From assembly GCF_006345805.1 (NCBI RefSeq), contig NW_021835788.1:1-38773 (forward strand): a DNA stretch of 38,773 nucleotides, given 5' to 3'. Origin of the DNA: Octopus sinensis. Taxonomy: Eukaryota. The translations under genes and the position numbers were made by a program. Position 1 is the stretch's first letter; each line of letters begins with the position of its first letter. A model generated the notes under the pieces. The model was not told the DNA's origin and did not search any database. It saw only the letters and a program-made list of their open reading frames with translations. Shown here in pieces: positions 12,345-26,293 of the stretch.

Positions 12345-12734
12345 CAACACAAATACATACATACATTCATACACGCATACACACATACACACATACACAC
12401 ACACATACATACATACATAGGTAATGTCTTGTAACGTGCTTTTACGTAATTCCTGCTGTATCCACCCGTTAAATACCCACCTGCAAACGGTTACACTGAC
12501 GTGTGTGCATGTTACCAAAACGGGGTAGGTCGGGTGAGGTACGGGTGGCATAATACAATAAATTATTGTTTTTATTCATTTACTTGTTTTAGTCACTGCG
12601 CTGCGACCATGCTGGAGCAACACATTAAGGGGTCTTGTGCCTATTTTATCGATCGCTTTTTGTCGAATTGCTATTCTATGTTTGTGTATCAGTCTGTTTG
12701 TATGTATCAGACTAATGCATGTATGTCGGAACGT

Positions 12735-13825
12735 ATGTACCTGGTCCCATTGCGTAGCACCTTGGGCAAGTTTCTCTTACTATTGTAGCCGTGAGCCGTC
12801 CAATACCTTGCGAGGGGATTTAGTTGAGGGAAACTGAAAGCCTGTCGTATATATATATATACATGTATGTATGTATGTATGTATGTATGTATGTATGTAT
12901 GTATGTATGTATGTATGTATGTATGTATGTATGTATGTGTCAGGTCACTTTCGAGTGCTACTGGTAACATGTAACCCAGTACAACCTGTTGCATGGTCGG
13001 GTTGTCGGCGACTAAACCGGCAACCCCACCAAGCTTGCTTAGTGAGGAGGGTGTTTATTGGACACCCTGCGGGATGAAAAACAAAACCCGTCAAAGGGCG
13101 GAGGAACTCTTGAGAGTCAACGGCCATCAAATAAATTTTTTAAGGCTGTATCATGCGCGGGGATATAGAAATAATCAGACTGAATATCCGATCGCGCGGT
13201 TAAACCGTTGGGAGTGAAGGACTCCTAGCCTTTGTTAGGGCATCCTTCTAGGAGAAGGTAACTCAGGTAACTGGGATAACTCCGACATAAAACCTGCGGC
13301 TCAGTGGTTACCGATGATCTTGACTTGTTCTTCTTTTCGGATTATGGCTGCTGTTGCTTAGTGAGTGGGATTGACTCAGTGCACAGCTTTCCTCACTTTA
13401 AAAAAATCTTCTTGCACAGGCATTGCACGATAACAACATTGATTAAGCTTCGCGCAATGGTCATACTCGATAACGAGGGGTCAGCCATTCCATGTATGTA
13501 TGTATGTATGTATGTATGGATGGATGGATGGATGGATGGATGGATGGATGGATGGATGGATGGATGGATTGATGAATGGATGTATGGATGAGTGTGTGTG
13601 TCTCTGTGCACGTGTTTGTTCTCCACCACCACGTGACAACCGCTGTTGATGTGTTTACATCACCGTAAACTCAGCGGTTCGGCAAAAGAGACCGATAGAA
13701 TAAGTATCTGGCTTCAAAAAATAATAAGTACTGGGGTCGTTTCGTTCGACTAAAAGAATTTCTTCGAGTCGGTGCTCCAGCATGGCCGCAGTCCAGTTAC
13801 TGAAATAAGTAAAAGATAAAAGATA
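12735..13825 (+). mobile_element. Family 1 SINE split by an insertion (5' part about 12735-12850, 3' part about 13590-13825)
   Basis: The two halves match consecutive parts of the intact copies and are separated by (TATG)n, a roughly 550 bp insert and (TATG)(GATG)n. Confidence 0.7.
12940..13490 (+). mobile_element. Non-coding insert resembling an RTE-clade LINE 5' UTR derivative
   Basis: GGGCATCCTTCTAGGAGAAGGTAACTC resembles the recalled RTE/BovB 5' motif GCA.CCAGTCTAGGAGAAGGAAAACTC. It ends in a tandem-repeat tail and has no ORF. Confidence 0.4.
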
Positions 13826-14149
13826 TTGGTACGGTGAATCTCGAAGTAGATAAAGCTATAAATAACAGCGTGGAAACGTTGGGTTAAAAATCATTTGGAT
13901 ACAAATCGTGGAAGGCGAGCTGTTGGACTCGAACCCACGTCGTCTGTAAACACGGCAATACTTACACGCTCTTATTCATTGTTTTATCCACTTCGTGATT
14001 AACCGTTCCAAAAAGAATTATTGCACGTTCTCTCGAAGTTTCTAAATTCTTATGACGCCAACACACACACACACCACACACACACAGAGTCAAATCGAAT
14101 AATCGAACATTAAGAATATCGAAACAAGAGGATGAGCACAGGGAATGTA

Positions 14150-14862
14150 TTGGGTCATCCTATAAGTAATGTGGTTTTTTCAATTGCATGAACTAAATGT
14201 CGGATGGGGACGGAATAAACTACCTGCATCAACTTGCTATAAAAGCAGGTAGTAATGTTACCTTGTCCTTATTCTTAGAGCAAGTTTTGAAGAGTGCAGT
14301 TCGATTTTGACAGTTATTTTTCCAAATCTATAATGGAAGTGACAAAGGAGCATATTCAACATATTTTGCTTTATAAGTTCAATAAAGGCAACAATGTAAT
14401 GGAAAGTACGAGGAATATTAATGCAGTATATGGGGATCAGACAATAGGTGTAAGCTAGTGTCAATTGTAGTTCCAGAAATTTCGAGCCGGAAACTACAGC
14501 CTGGAAGACTAGCATCGCCCTGGAAGATCTGTAGAGCTTGACAAGGACATCCTACAAACCCTGCTGGAACAAATCCCATCGTAACTGTTGAGGAACAAGC
14601 CGAGAAGCTTGGATTTGGTCATTCAACCAGTGATTCAAATCAGCGCTAGAAGAAAACTGACCATCTTTGGTTTCAAGACGAAAGGTGTTCTTCCATCAGG
14701 ATAATACTCGGCCACATACAGCAAGGATGGCACTCCAAAGGCTGGAGGAGTTTGAATGGGAAACGATGCCCCACCCACCATATTCGCTGGACATTGCCCC
14801 ATCTGATTATCATTTATTCGGCAGTCTTCAAAATCATTTGGACGGAAAAATATGAATTCTGT
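14150..14862 (+). mobile_element. Internally deleted, defective mariner transposon
   Basis: TA then a TTGGGTCATCC terminus. ATG at 14333 gives MEVTKEHIQHILLYKFNKGNN...RPGRSVELD with stops. After the deletion comes FFHQDNTRPH...PHPPYSLDIAPSDYHLF (the mariner HDNARPH and YSPDLAPSDY motifs). Confidence 0.92.
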
Positions 14863-14864
14863 GC

Positions 14865-15364
14865 ATGGAAGGGGGCTGTGTGATGATTTGGATAACCATA
14901 TCACGGAATTCTCTCGACTCTTTCGTTGCTCTACATGGTAGAGTTAATGCAAAGAATTAGCCGATTAATTCGGCTTATCGTGTCCATTCTGTGGTACATG
15001 GATAATTCTCAGAGGGTAATGCAATCTTCTAGGACGATAAAGATCCGATTTACACGGCTAATCTTATTCAAAACTGGTACGAAGAACACAGAAGTGAAAC
15101 AGACCTCTTTGATTGGGCCCAGCAACCACCGGATCTTAATATAATCTAATATGTATGATGCAATTTAGGGCAGCAACTGAGGAGCCGTTGAGCAGATTTT
15201 ACTTGAAAATGAACTCAAAATTCCTCTGACAACCGTTCAGAACTTGTACAAGTCAATTCCGTGATGTATTAGGGATGTGGATGATACCAAATGAGGACCA
15301 GCCTCCGATTAAACAATATGATCTCCATTTAACAAGATGACTCCATTATTTTGCCCAACCCCTG
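14865..15364 (+). mobile_element. 3' half of a degenerate Tc1-family transposon
   Basis: Frameshifted HG.GCVMIW...LHGRVNA...EGNAIF*DDKDPIYTA...PDLNII resembles Tc1 HGGGSVMIW...FQDDNSPIHTA...SPDLNIIE. It ends in the TIR TTTTGCCCAACCCCTG followed by TA. Confidence 0.8.
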
Positions 15365-15888
15365 TATATACACCCAGCCATCCAGCCATACATACATACA
15401 TGCATACATATACACACTTATACCTCATACATATATTCATAGATATACATGTGTGATACATATGCATTCTCTATGATGAGGATGGCTGGTTATGTCGCAG
15501 AGAAACTTTGACAAAAAAAAGAAAAAGGAAAACGAAAAGAAAACCGCCATCAAACGCAACAGCCTGTTATTAGATGACATTTCTATTTAGAACTGAATGA
15601 AACAAATGTTTTAAGGATTTCTTCAATGTGTTTTATAAATTTATTTAGTGTTGAGGGCGTTTCGTGGAGGTGGGGGTAGAGGTGGTGGTACGGCTGTTAA
15701 CACGTCACCAGAGTCGCTTTGATGTCCACACATCACGTGACTGAGCGACCACACCCGAGTATAAAGTACTGCTGTCAGAATATGTATGTAGTGTATGTAT
15801 GCAATGTGTGTATATATGTATATATATATATTTGTATATACAAATATATATATGCATATATATATATATTTTGTATACTATATATATT

Positions 15889-15939
<51 letters not shown>

Positions 15940-16543
15940 ACAAAATAATAAATAAACATATGCATATATACATACATATATGTACATACCTACATCTACA
16001 TGTATATATACATGCATATATGGATACAGGACACCAAGATAGATATATACAGATAGATAGATGCAAATATGCATCATATGCGCATATATGTATGTTTTTA
16101 AATATATATGTGTGTATATATATATGTGTGTATACATACATGTAAAGATACACACACACACATATACACACACACATATAAACAGACAAGACTTAATTGG
16201 ATGATGAAGACAAGCCCATACACACATAAATATACACACGTGCAATATACTATAGAATTGATGTATAATAAAAAAAAAGCGAAACGATTACCAGAACAAA
16301 AGAGTTCGACAGGGGAGATAATAGGGGAGGTGTGACCCCCCTCCCTCACCTCCCGTCTGTCTTCCTGTTTATATTTCAATAGATATCTGCGTTTCAGTAA
16401 TTGAAACTATATATTACTTGTAGCATTGTTGTAAAGAGCCAAGAAATAGATATTATTGCAGAGGCATGGCGGCTTTGTGGGTTCGAATCCACATCAAACG
16501 GTTCGTTGTGTTTCTTGACAGAACAGTCTTGACAGCTATAGAG

Positions 16544-16670
16544 CAATGCTTCTCAACCGGGGTCCATACAAGAATTTTTTGGCGGGTCTACGCGAGCAAA
16601 ATAGCAAATCGGGGATCCAAAGTAGTATTTTGGAACCCATGAAAAAAATTTTGCTTTATATGTATTTCTT
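16544..16670 (+). mobile_element. Probable hAT-type terminal fragment
   Basis: CAATGCTTCTCAACC resembles Charlie/Tip100 CAGTGGTTCTCAAC termini; no partner end was found. Confidence 0.35.
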
Positions 16671-16695
16671 GCAAAAAAAAAAAAATGAAATGAGA

Positions 16696-16799
16696 GGCTA
16701 TAGTAGAAGACACTTGCTCAAGGTGCCACGCAGTGGGGATGAACCTGGAACCATGTGGTTGGGAAGCAATCTTCTCATCACACAGTCACTCCTGCGCCT
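16696..16799 (-). mobile_element. Family 1 SINE 5' fragment
   Basis: Reverse complement of the head seen at 8469 and 18205. Confidence 0.85.
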
Positions 16800-16849
16800 A
16801 CACATGCTTGGAATATTGGTTTACAATTCTGACACAAACCAGTATTCCG

Positions 16850-17020
16850 TGGGAGGCGTAAGTCGATTATATCGACCCCAGTGTTCAGCTGGTTCTTATT
16901 TTATCGATCCCGAAAAGATGAAGGCAAAGTCGACCTCACTTGAATATGAACTCAGACGGACGAATTACCGCTATGCATTTCGTTCAGTGCGCTAACGATT
17001 CTGTCGGGTCACAGCCTTAA
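16850..17020 (-). mobile_element. Family 2 SINE
   Basis: Homologous to 8981-9196. Confidence 0.85.
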
Positions 17021-17663
17021 ATACCAGAAACATTACCGGCCTTTTGAACAATTTAAATAATTCTTTACTGGGCCTTTAATGAGCATCTTAACTAACCCTT
17101 TACTGAGCCTTAATTAAACTGTTTAAATGACCTGTTACCGGATTATAATTGACTTCTTTAAACAGCCCTTATTGGGCCTTAATTAAACTGCTAAACCCAA
17201 CCCTTTGCCAAACCTTATTATAATAAAATCCTTAATACATTGTTAAAGCAAAATTCCCTTAGTTGCTAATCTGGAAATATTCCAGATCGTTAGCAAATGT
17301 TCTTCAGAATTTTTTTACTTCGTTTTAGCCATGACAATTTAGGCCATGCTGTAGCACACACCCTGACACTGGCTGCTCTACTGTAAATAGTGCAGTTCAA
17401 TTATTATTATTATTATTATTATTATTATCTGTTTGTTATGGTCGCCTTATATGGAGGATAGTGATCTAACATTGTGTGGGCTACTGTTGAATCCATGACA
17501 GAGCCGTGTTTCCTTATGTACATAGGTATGGGTAGACATATGTGCACATGCATACACACACATATGTATGTATACATATTTATTCATATATCTATATATT
17601 TGTATAGGTATATATTTGTAATATACATACATACAAACATATATACATACATACATACATACA

Positions 17664-17695
<32 letters not shown>

Positions 17696-17726
17696 CATAC
17701 ATACATACTATATATATGCATGTATG

Positions 17727-17821
<95 letters not shown>

Positions 17822-17861
17822 GCGTCTATGTATGTATGTATATATATATATATTATATATA

Positions 17862-17895
<34 letters not shown>

Positions 17896-18204
17896 CAGAA
17901 GGGCATAGCGTTTCCGCTGATTTTCCAGAAATGTGGAGATGCAATAATTACCGGCGTTCCCAGAATTTCATGTTCCTGACTTATTTGTTATTTGCATTGC
18001 GAAAAAAAGAAAGCGAACAAAACTTTTACAATTCCTCGAATGTTGGTCAAGTCCTGGGTCACTAAAAGACCAAAAATAGAAACAGTTCCACTTCAACCTC
18101 TTTAAAGTCTATGTTTACGGAACCCCTACACAAAGTGTGCGCCTCCGCAGAATTTCTTTAGTCATATCTTTCAGAAAAATCGATATTTTCTAATGAAATT
18201 TTCT

Positions 18205-18630
18205 GCGGGCGTAGCGGTGTGGTAAGAAGCTTGCTTTACAACCACATAGTTCCGGGTTCAGTCCCACTGCGTAGCATCTTGTGCAAGTGTCTTCTACTAT
18301 AACCTCAGGCTGACCAAAGCCTTGTGAGTGGATTTTGGTTGACAGAAACTGAAACAAACCGGTCGCACACAACACACACACAAACACACACACACACACA
18401 GATATATGTTTGTGTGTGTGTGCATGTCTTTGTTCTCCACCTCCACTTGACAGCCGATGTTGGTGTGTTTACGTTCCCATAACTTAGCGGTTCAGCAGAA
18501 CTGACCGATAGAATAAGCACCAGGCTTTAAAAAAATAAGTCCTGGGGTTGATCTGTTCGACTACAAACCCTCTAAAGCGGTGCTCCAACATGGTCGCAGT
18601 CCAATGACCGAAACAAGTAAAAGGTACAAG
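18205..18630 (+). mobile_element. Full-length family 1 SINE
   Basis: Head GTGTGGTAAGAAGCTTGC..GGGTTCAGTCCC, internal (CA)/(GT) tract and tail GCGGTGCTCCAACATGGTCGCAGTCCAATGAC. Confidence 0.9.
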
Positions 18631-19340
18631 ATAAATACCTCTCAGATGGTGTAGATTACTATCCTATCAAAATTTAATGCGAAACGAAATGGTAGGCGCG
18701 TTTACACACAACACACATCACAATCTTTGCAAAATTTCAAATTTTTCATTTTGCAGACATATGTGAAGTGTGTCAGTATGTTTGTGCGTGCACCAACCAT
18801 TTTTTTTTCCTTATCAAATTCCGATCTAATCGTAATTTCTACCATTTGAAATGTATTTGTTGAAAATGTCATTAAAAAATATCCATTTTCCTTAAAGTTA
18901 CGAGGAAACAAAATCGGAAAGGTCGGCTTTCTCGTCGAAGAGGCAGACGATAAGTTTCCGGAAGGTAGTTAAATGGTTAAGGACGTGTATGGAGGCAGAA
19001 GGATTTGCAGGCGTTAAGCTACCCTTGGGTCACGAACAGAATTTAATGTTTGAAGGTGATTGTTTGTATGGCAAAAAATAAAATGTTTCGTCCAAAGATT
19101 CTATTTGATTACTCTTTGCCCGAGACAGGCGACAGGGAGCATTAAAATTTGTGGAGTTGCAAACGGTTTTGTATGTGTGTACGTGTGTGTGAGTGTTTCT
19201 GTGTGTGTGTGTATAAAAGTATTTATACATCAATTGAAATTATATATATGTATGTATATAAAGTTGCATTAAAACGCACATGCATGTGTATAAAAGTATT
19301 TATATATTGATCTGAAGTGTGTATGTGCGTGTGTGTGTGT

Positions 19341-19374
<34 letters not shown>

Positions 19375-19559
19375 AATTCTTACAGTTAAACACATGCAGA
19401 TAATTTTATATACGTATATGTATGAAAGTATATATACCAGTTGAAATTACACACGCATGCACATGCACACAGGCACACAAACACACACACACACACACAC
19501 ACGCATGCATGCACGCACGCACACACACACACATGTAAGTATATATGAATTCTTGCAAT

Positions 19560-20440
<881 letters not shown>

Positions 20441-21719
20441 TTCGCGAGAAGATGACCGAAGCATTGATGTAGAGTACACAAACGTTAGACCAGTGTAAAT
20501 ATATTTGAGAGGTCTTCGAATCTGTAAAGGCTTTTCACTGCAGCTTTTCACAGGGAAAAAAATCTCTCACTTCAGACAAAAAGGTGTTATAATGCTACAA
20601 TCATCTCAGAGCGCTCTCTGTTGGACTGATTGATGCATTTGAAATTCATAAGTTCTCTTCAGTACCTGATACAAAGAGGGGCAACTCTGAACCGACTAGG
20701 AAGCTAAACTTCCTTTACCGGAAATAAGTCCATATTAGTAATAGGGTTCTTTAGTCAACAAACCGGAACAAAATCCATCAGTGTTTTGCGCATCTACTCA
20801 TGAATTTATTCTAGTTTGATGACTTGAGACTTGGGTAGAAAGCACGTTTCTCCAAGTCATGACACAGCAGTATCGATCTGGAAACCGCGTAGTTACGAAG
20901 CTAGCTTCTTAACCTCACAGCCATGCCTGAGATTCAATGTAGAAATATAGAAGCCATCATTCTGAAAACAACAACAACAGCAACAACAAAAACTGCATCA
21001 TTGTACAGGGAAACAAGTAACAAAAAGTGGGAGCAACGTTTAGTGTATTTATTTAAAACCTGGTTGACAAATAATACACGAATAATTTGATATGGATTTT
21101 AAGAAATCTTCATAAATTAATGAGGAATCGTTGGACACACCGGATTACGATTTGTTGGCAGGATAGGTGGCCGATTGGCAGAATCTTTAGAGTATTTTAC
21201 AGCAAGCTTTGTGGGAATCGTTTCCACTCTGTGAGTTCAAATCCCACCGAAGTCAATCTTGTTTTTTCCTTTATTCTCTTACTGTCGATGAAGTCCCATT
21301 TGTATACTGAGGTCGATTGTGATTCTTTTTCCTTCTGCTTGCCTCGCTTCTTCTCTCTAAGAAATCCACCGGGATCAGACCCGGAGATGGATGGGATCTC
21401 CTCCAGGTCCTAAATGCCAAAGATTCACTCTATGTCAGGATGGCGCCCCCGAGATGAATCAAAGAGTCAAAGATCCAGAAAATGGTATTATAAATAGGAT
21501 ATATATTTGACCATACAACATGGAAATGTGAAAATTGTTTAAAATACGTTGAAAATTACTATGAACGAATTAACAGTTAATATATTCAACACACATATCT
21601 TTGTATAGTTAATCTTAACACGTCTAGGCAGGTTTAGATGCAAAGAGTATTGGGTGCTGTAGAATATGTCACAGGAGAATAATTTCTCTATTTTAAACAA
21701 TTGTGTGTTCAACACAATC

Positions 21720-22100
21720 GTCACATTAGTGCACGGTATTCTGGTAGGGCGGCGATTCGACAAGTTGCGTTTCGTCAACCAGGACCAACCGGAACTTCGA
21801 GACTAAGCAAAGCCAATAGATGTGCTTATGATCTCAGCGAACAGAATTGTTTGTCGGAACAGCGTTGTCCCAGAATGCCGTGCGCCGATGAACCGTGTGT
21901 GTGGAACATCCTGTCGTCGTAAAAGGGAGAAGTTATAATCGTGTGATACACACTACGGTGCCCAACATATTTCGCATCTGGACCTGCCCAGACCCGTTAA
22001 GAATGAGTGTGGAAACAGTCATTCAGGATCTCGCTGCGCACGGAACAACGATGTTTTATATCCAACATAAATCTGTTGCACTGAAGACAGTCGTCTGTGT
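21720..22100 (+). mobile_element. Highly degenerate Tc1-like transposase N-terminal fragment
   Basis: Frame-hopping pieces IRQVAF, TGT.RD, ISA, PCVWNIL, IWT, WK.VI..SR parallel the Tc1 order QRQVA, TGSVRD, ISA, PYVGPIL, WT, W..VLFSDESRF. Manual alignment only. Confidence 0.4.
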
Positions 22101-22164
22101 AGCCAGACACAACCTATACACACATGCATACATACAGACAGACAGACACAAATGTATGTGTATA

Positions 22165-22218
<54 letters not shown>

Positions 22219-22317
22219 GCACACACACATAACATACATACATATGGAGATGTATGCGTCTATGTAAACATAAGTGAATTTACATCTCCCTCCTTCTCCC
22301 TCCCTCTCTCTCTCTCT

Positions 22318-22357
<40 letters not shown>

Positions 22358-22424
22358 ATACATATATACATATACAAAGATATATGTATATCTGTATATA
22401 TATATATATATAATATATATATAT

Positions 22425-22466
<42 letters not shown>

Positions 22467-22486
22467 GTATATATAAGTATATATAT

Positions 22487-22595
22487 CACGTGACCGACCA
22501 GGCTATCAGATATTGCTACACATCGCTGGTCACAATGTGCTTCGCATTGTTTTAGCCTTCAAATGACGCCACCCCGCTGGCTAAGCGAGCAGGCC
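22487..22595. mobile_element. Short interspersed element embedded between (TA)n tracts
   Basis: GC-richer island of about 105 bp flanked by TA runs on both sides; class unknown. Confidence 0.4.
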
Positions 22596-22718
22596 ATATA
22601 TATATATATATATATATACACATACACATATATAAATATACATGTATACATATATGTATACGCACACACACACACATACACATACACACATACACACAGA
22701 CACACGCACGCACACACA

Positions 22719-22758
<40 letters not shown>

Positions 22759-23409
22759 CACATGTCTCACACGCCCGCACACACACACATACACACACAT
22801 ACACGCACACACACACACTCACAGATGCACATATATGCATATGTATGTGTATATCACACATATATATAATATGTGTGTGTGTGTGTGTGTGTATGTGTGT
22901 GTGTATGTGTGTGTGTGTGTGTATACGTGTGTGCATGCGTGTGTGTGTCTGTGTGTGTCATGAAAGCAATGCTTCATAGAAAAACATGCCACGACTCATT
23001 TATTAAAATAAGTCAATATTATTCAGACTTAAAGCTGAAGTTTCACGTCTTTAACTTTCACCCAAAATGTTTATCTGGCGCGCAATTCAACATGTAAAAT
23101 CAATCAAACTCGCATAGAAGCTGATACGAAGAAATATTTTACAAAATACGGAACGATGTATTTTCATGTTTTAATTTATGAGACGGATTGGTTAAATTCG
23201 TATAAAAATAGAGAAATCAGAGCATAAATAAAAGAAGCAATGGAACCTAGAAAAATAAATCAGGAAATACGTGGTAAAATAAACATGCTTTACGAATCTT
23301 TAGGTTAGGTTTCATACCCTACATAACAATCGTCAGTAACCGTCAGTAGAGAGAAAGTGGATTTAAAGATGTTGATTTATATTTTATCCTTTTTGTTTAT
23401 GTTTTAATT

Positions 23410-23610
23410 TTTTTTCAGCCCATGCTGAGGCACCACCTTGAACGATTTTAGTTGAATAAACCTATCCTAGGGCTCAATTTTGGGAAGGCTGGTACTTACT
23501 CTATTGGTGTCTTTTTTTATAAAACAGCTAGGTTACGGGGACGTAAACCAACCAAGACCGGTTGTCAAGTGATTGGGGCGTGTGACAGAGGCACAAAAGT
23601 ACAAATAGAC
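23410..23610 (-). mobile_element. Family 1 SINE 3' part
   Basis: Reverse complement of the tail (CCATGCTG.GGCACCACCTT). Confidence 0.75.
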
Positions 23611-25647
23611 ATATATAAATGCATACATACATATACACACACACACACACACACATATATTTATATATATATATATATATGTCTGTATATATATGTGTGT
23701 GTGTGTGTGTAACAGTAGCTAGTTTGGGCTTTATTAACCAGTCTACAACGAAGAACCTCTCCTCCTATACATCCCACTTATACTTATATATTGTGTGTGA
23801 ATGTTTGTGTGTAGGGTGGTGCAGTAGGTGAGAGGACAGATATCCGTTACAGATAGATATCCGTTAACTCACTCCCCTGCACCGCACACCCACACCGCCA
23901 ATAGTCCCCTTTCCTTTAACGCTCACTTAACTCCTACCAACACCACTACACCTTAACTCACTTCTCTTCTCCCACACACAATATCACGTATAGTCTTCGT
24001 TTGACCCCTACGCAACATCGCCGCCCCCCTCGCCGAGCTCCCTCTTCGACTATCAACTGTGCACAGACAGACACGCGCGCACGTACATGTGTGCGTATGT
24101 ATTTACAGTGTGTAAGCGTGTGCGTGAGAGAGACAAAAGAGACGGAGAGAGTGGGAGAGAGAGAGAAATTTATGTTTGTACACACCTATATATAAATACA
24201 TAGACCGACACGCACTCATATACACTTGCAGATGTGCATCTATGCATGTATGTATATATATATATATATACACATGCATCTATGCATATGTGTATGTATG
24301 TATATATGTATGTATGTATGTAAGTATCTATCTATCTGTCTGTCTGCCTGTCTGTCTGTCTGCCTGTCTGTCTGTCTCTCTCCCTCTCTCTCTCTATATA
24401 TATATATACACTTATACACAAACATATACCTATTTACATACACACACATACATATATATATATCCACATCCACATGTACTCAAACATATTTGCTGTTTTT
24501 GTCTCCCAATGACATGGACCCCTCCCGGTTAACTATCACTTCCACCGGGTACTTGTACACCAAGACCAGGTAGCTTAGCTCTTTACCCGTTATTTACCTG
24601 TCACAAACAGGTAGCTTACTATTGCCTCCCATGCATCTATTCGCCACCCTTATCTATCTGCACAATACCCCAAGTATTTAGCGACTGCCACATACAACCC
24701 CGAAGTAGCTGAGTACATACTCGGGTATCATCTGTTTGCTACTTCTCAGCCTCCATGTAGTTATTCCCTTGCCAGATACCATTTATCGACAGCTCATAAG
24801 TACGTGTAAGCTATTACTAAGCACATACCCCAGGGTACTTACGGGTAGCTCTGGGTAGCGACTAATGTTACAGCCATTATAACTGTCTTTAGTATTCGAT
24901 TCAGATAGTTGGGTACATATTGACACCATCACATTAGTACCACCAGCACCAGCATCACTACCAGCACCAGCAGCAGTACCACCACCACCACCACTACCGC
25001 CGTGACCATCATCTTCGATGCCACCAATACCACCTACAACTAAATCTCTGTTGCCCTCAGCAGCAGTAGCAGCAGCAGCAGCAGAACCACCACCATGACC
25101 ACCACAACGACAACATTGTCCTCACAGCACAATCAACAACACCAAAACCCCCACACGTCCTCCACCGCTACCTCCACAACGCCAGATATTGCAGCAAGTC
25201 TCCCTCAAAGCACACTTCATCGTCTTCAGAACAAAATTCGCAAGTTTAGTGTAGTCTTGGGTTCTATATAAAGAGGGGGTGGGGAGGGGAAGGCGGGATG
25301 GTCAGCGTTGGAATATCTTTCATCATAGGTCAGCTCAATCAGGACTGACCTGAAACTCAGACTAAACAACAACCCTTCCAGCCTTGCCATCATCATCACC
25401 ACCACCACCACCACCACCACCACCACCACCACCACACCACCACCCAACCGACCTTACTACCCCCCCAACCTGTCCTCACCCCAGCCCTCCCGCTTACCCT
25501 CCATCCTGCTCTCCCTCCCTTCCTACCGCCTCCACCTACCTATACAACATCTCACCCGTATGCCACCCCAATTGCAACTCGAATCTCCCTTAGACCAGTT
25601 TTGCTGGCCAAAATTTGACCCGGTTCTCGAAAACACGTTCACGCAAA

Positions 25648-25708
<61 letters not shown>

Positions 25709-25752
25709 CACACACACACCACATATATAATATATTAACATGAATATATGTA

Positions 25753-25784
<32 letters not shown>

Positions 25785-25996
25785 ATATATGCATATATAT
25801 ATATATTTGCATCTATATATATACTCAAAAATGTATGTTTATACATATACATGTGCGTATGTATATATATAAAGAGAGAGGGAGAAAGAGAGAGAGAGAG
25901 GAAGAGAGAGAACGAGAGAAAAGAAGAACGGGGCCGTGTTTCAGTTGTTCTAACAGTCAACACAGCTACAAAGGCAGCCATGTCATGAAGACATAC

Positions 25997-26293
25997 CTGT
26001 ATAAGATACTGTAACAAACTGTTAGCAGAAGACGGAAGCCATCTTGTCACCTATCCTGTCTAGCAAGATGCCTTCAAAAGCAGTTAATTACCTCTAGATT
26101 GACCTTTCTTCTTGGCTAGGTCACCCCACTAAACAAACCGAGCTAAATCAAGTTGTTACCGGAAAGTTAACCGCCTTTACCGTCTAATGGCCTCCATTTG
26201 TCGTCTGCTTCTTCAGTTCCTCACAAACACGACTCCGTTTCTAAGTACATTTGTTTGTTTTTCTCCTTTGAGCGGGAAATCATTAAAAATTTC
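25997..26293 (-). other. Candidate exon with 5' UTR and the start of a signal peptide
   Basis: Acceptor ACAAATAG|G at 26294, CAAGATGGC start context (ATG 26042) and donor CAG|GTATGT at 25997/25996. Restoring one base gives MASVLLLTVCYSILY; as assembled it reads MASVFC*. Confidence 0.35.

Noticed and set aside
21355-21485. GC-richer island with GRHPDIE, GGAIL or QDGAP readings
   Set aside because: Short matches to different families occur in different frames and strands; none is distinguishable from chance.
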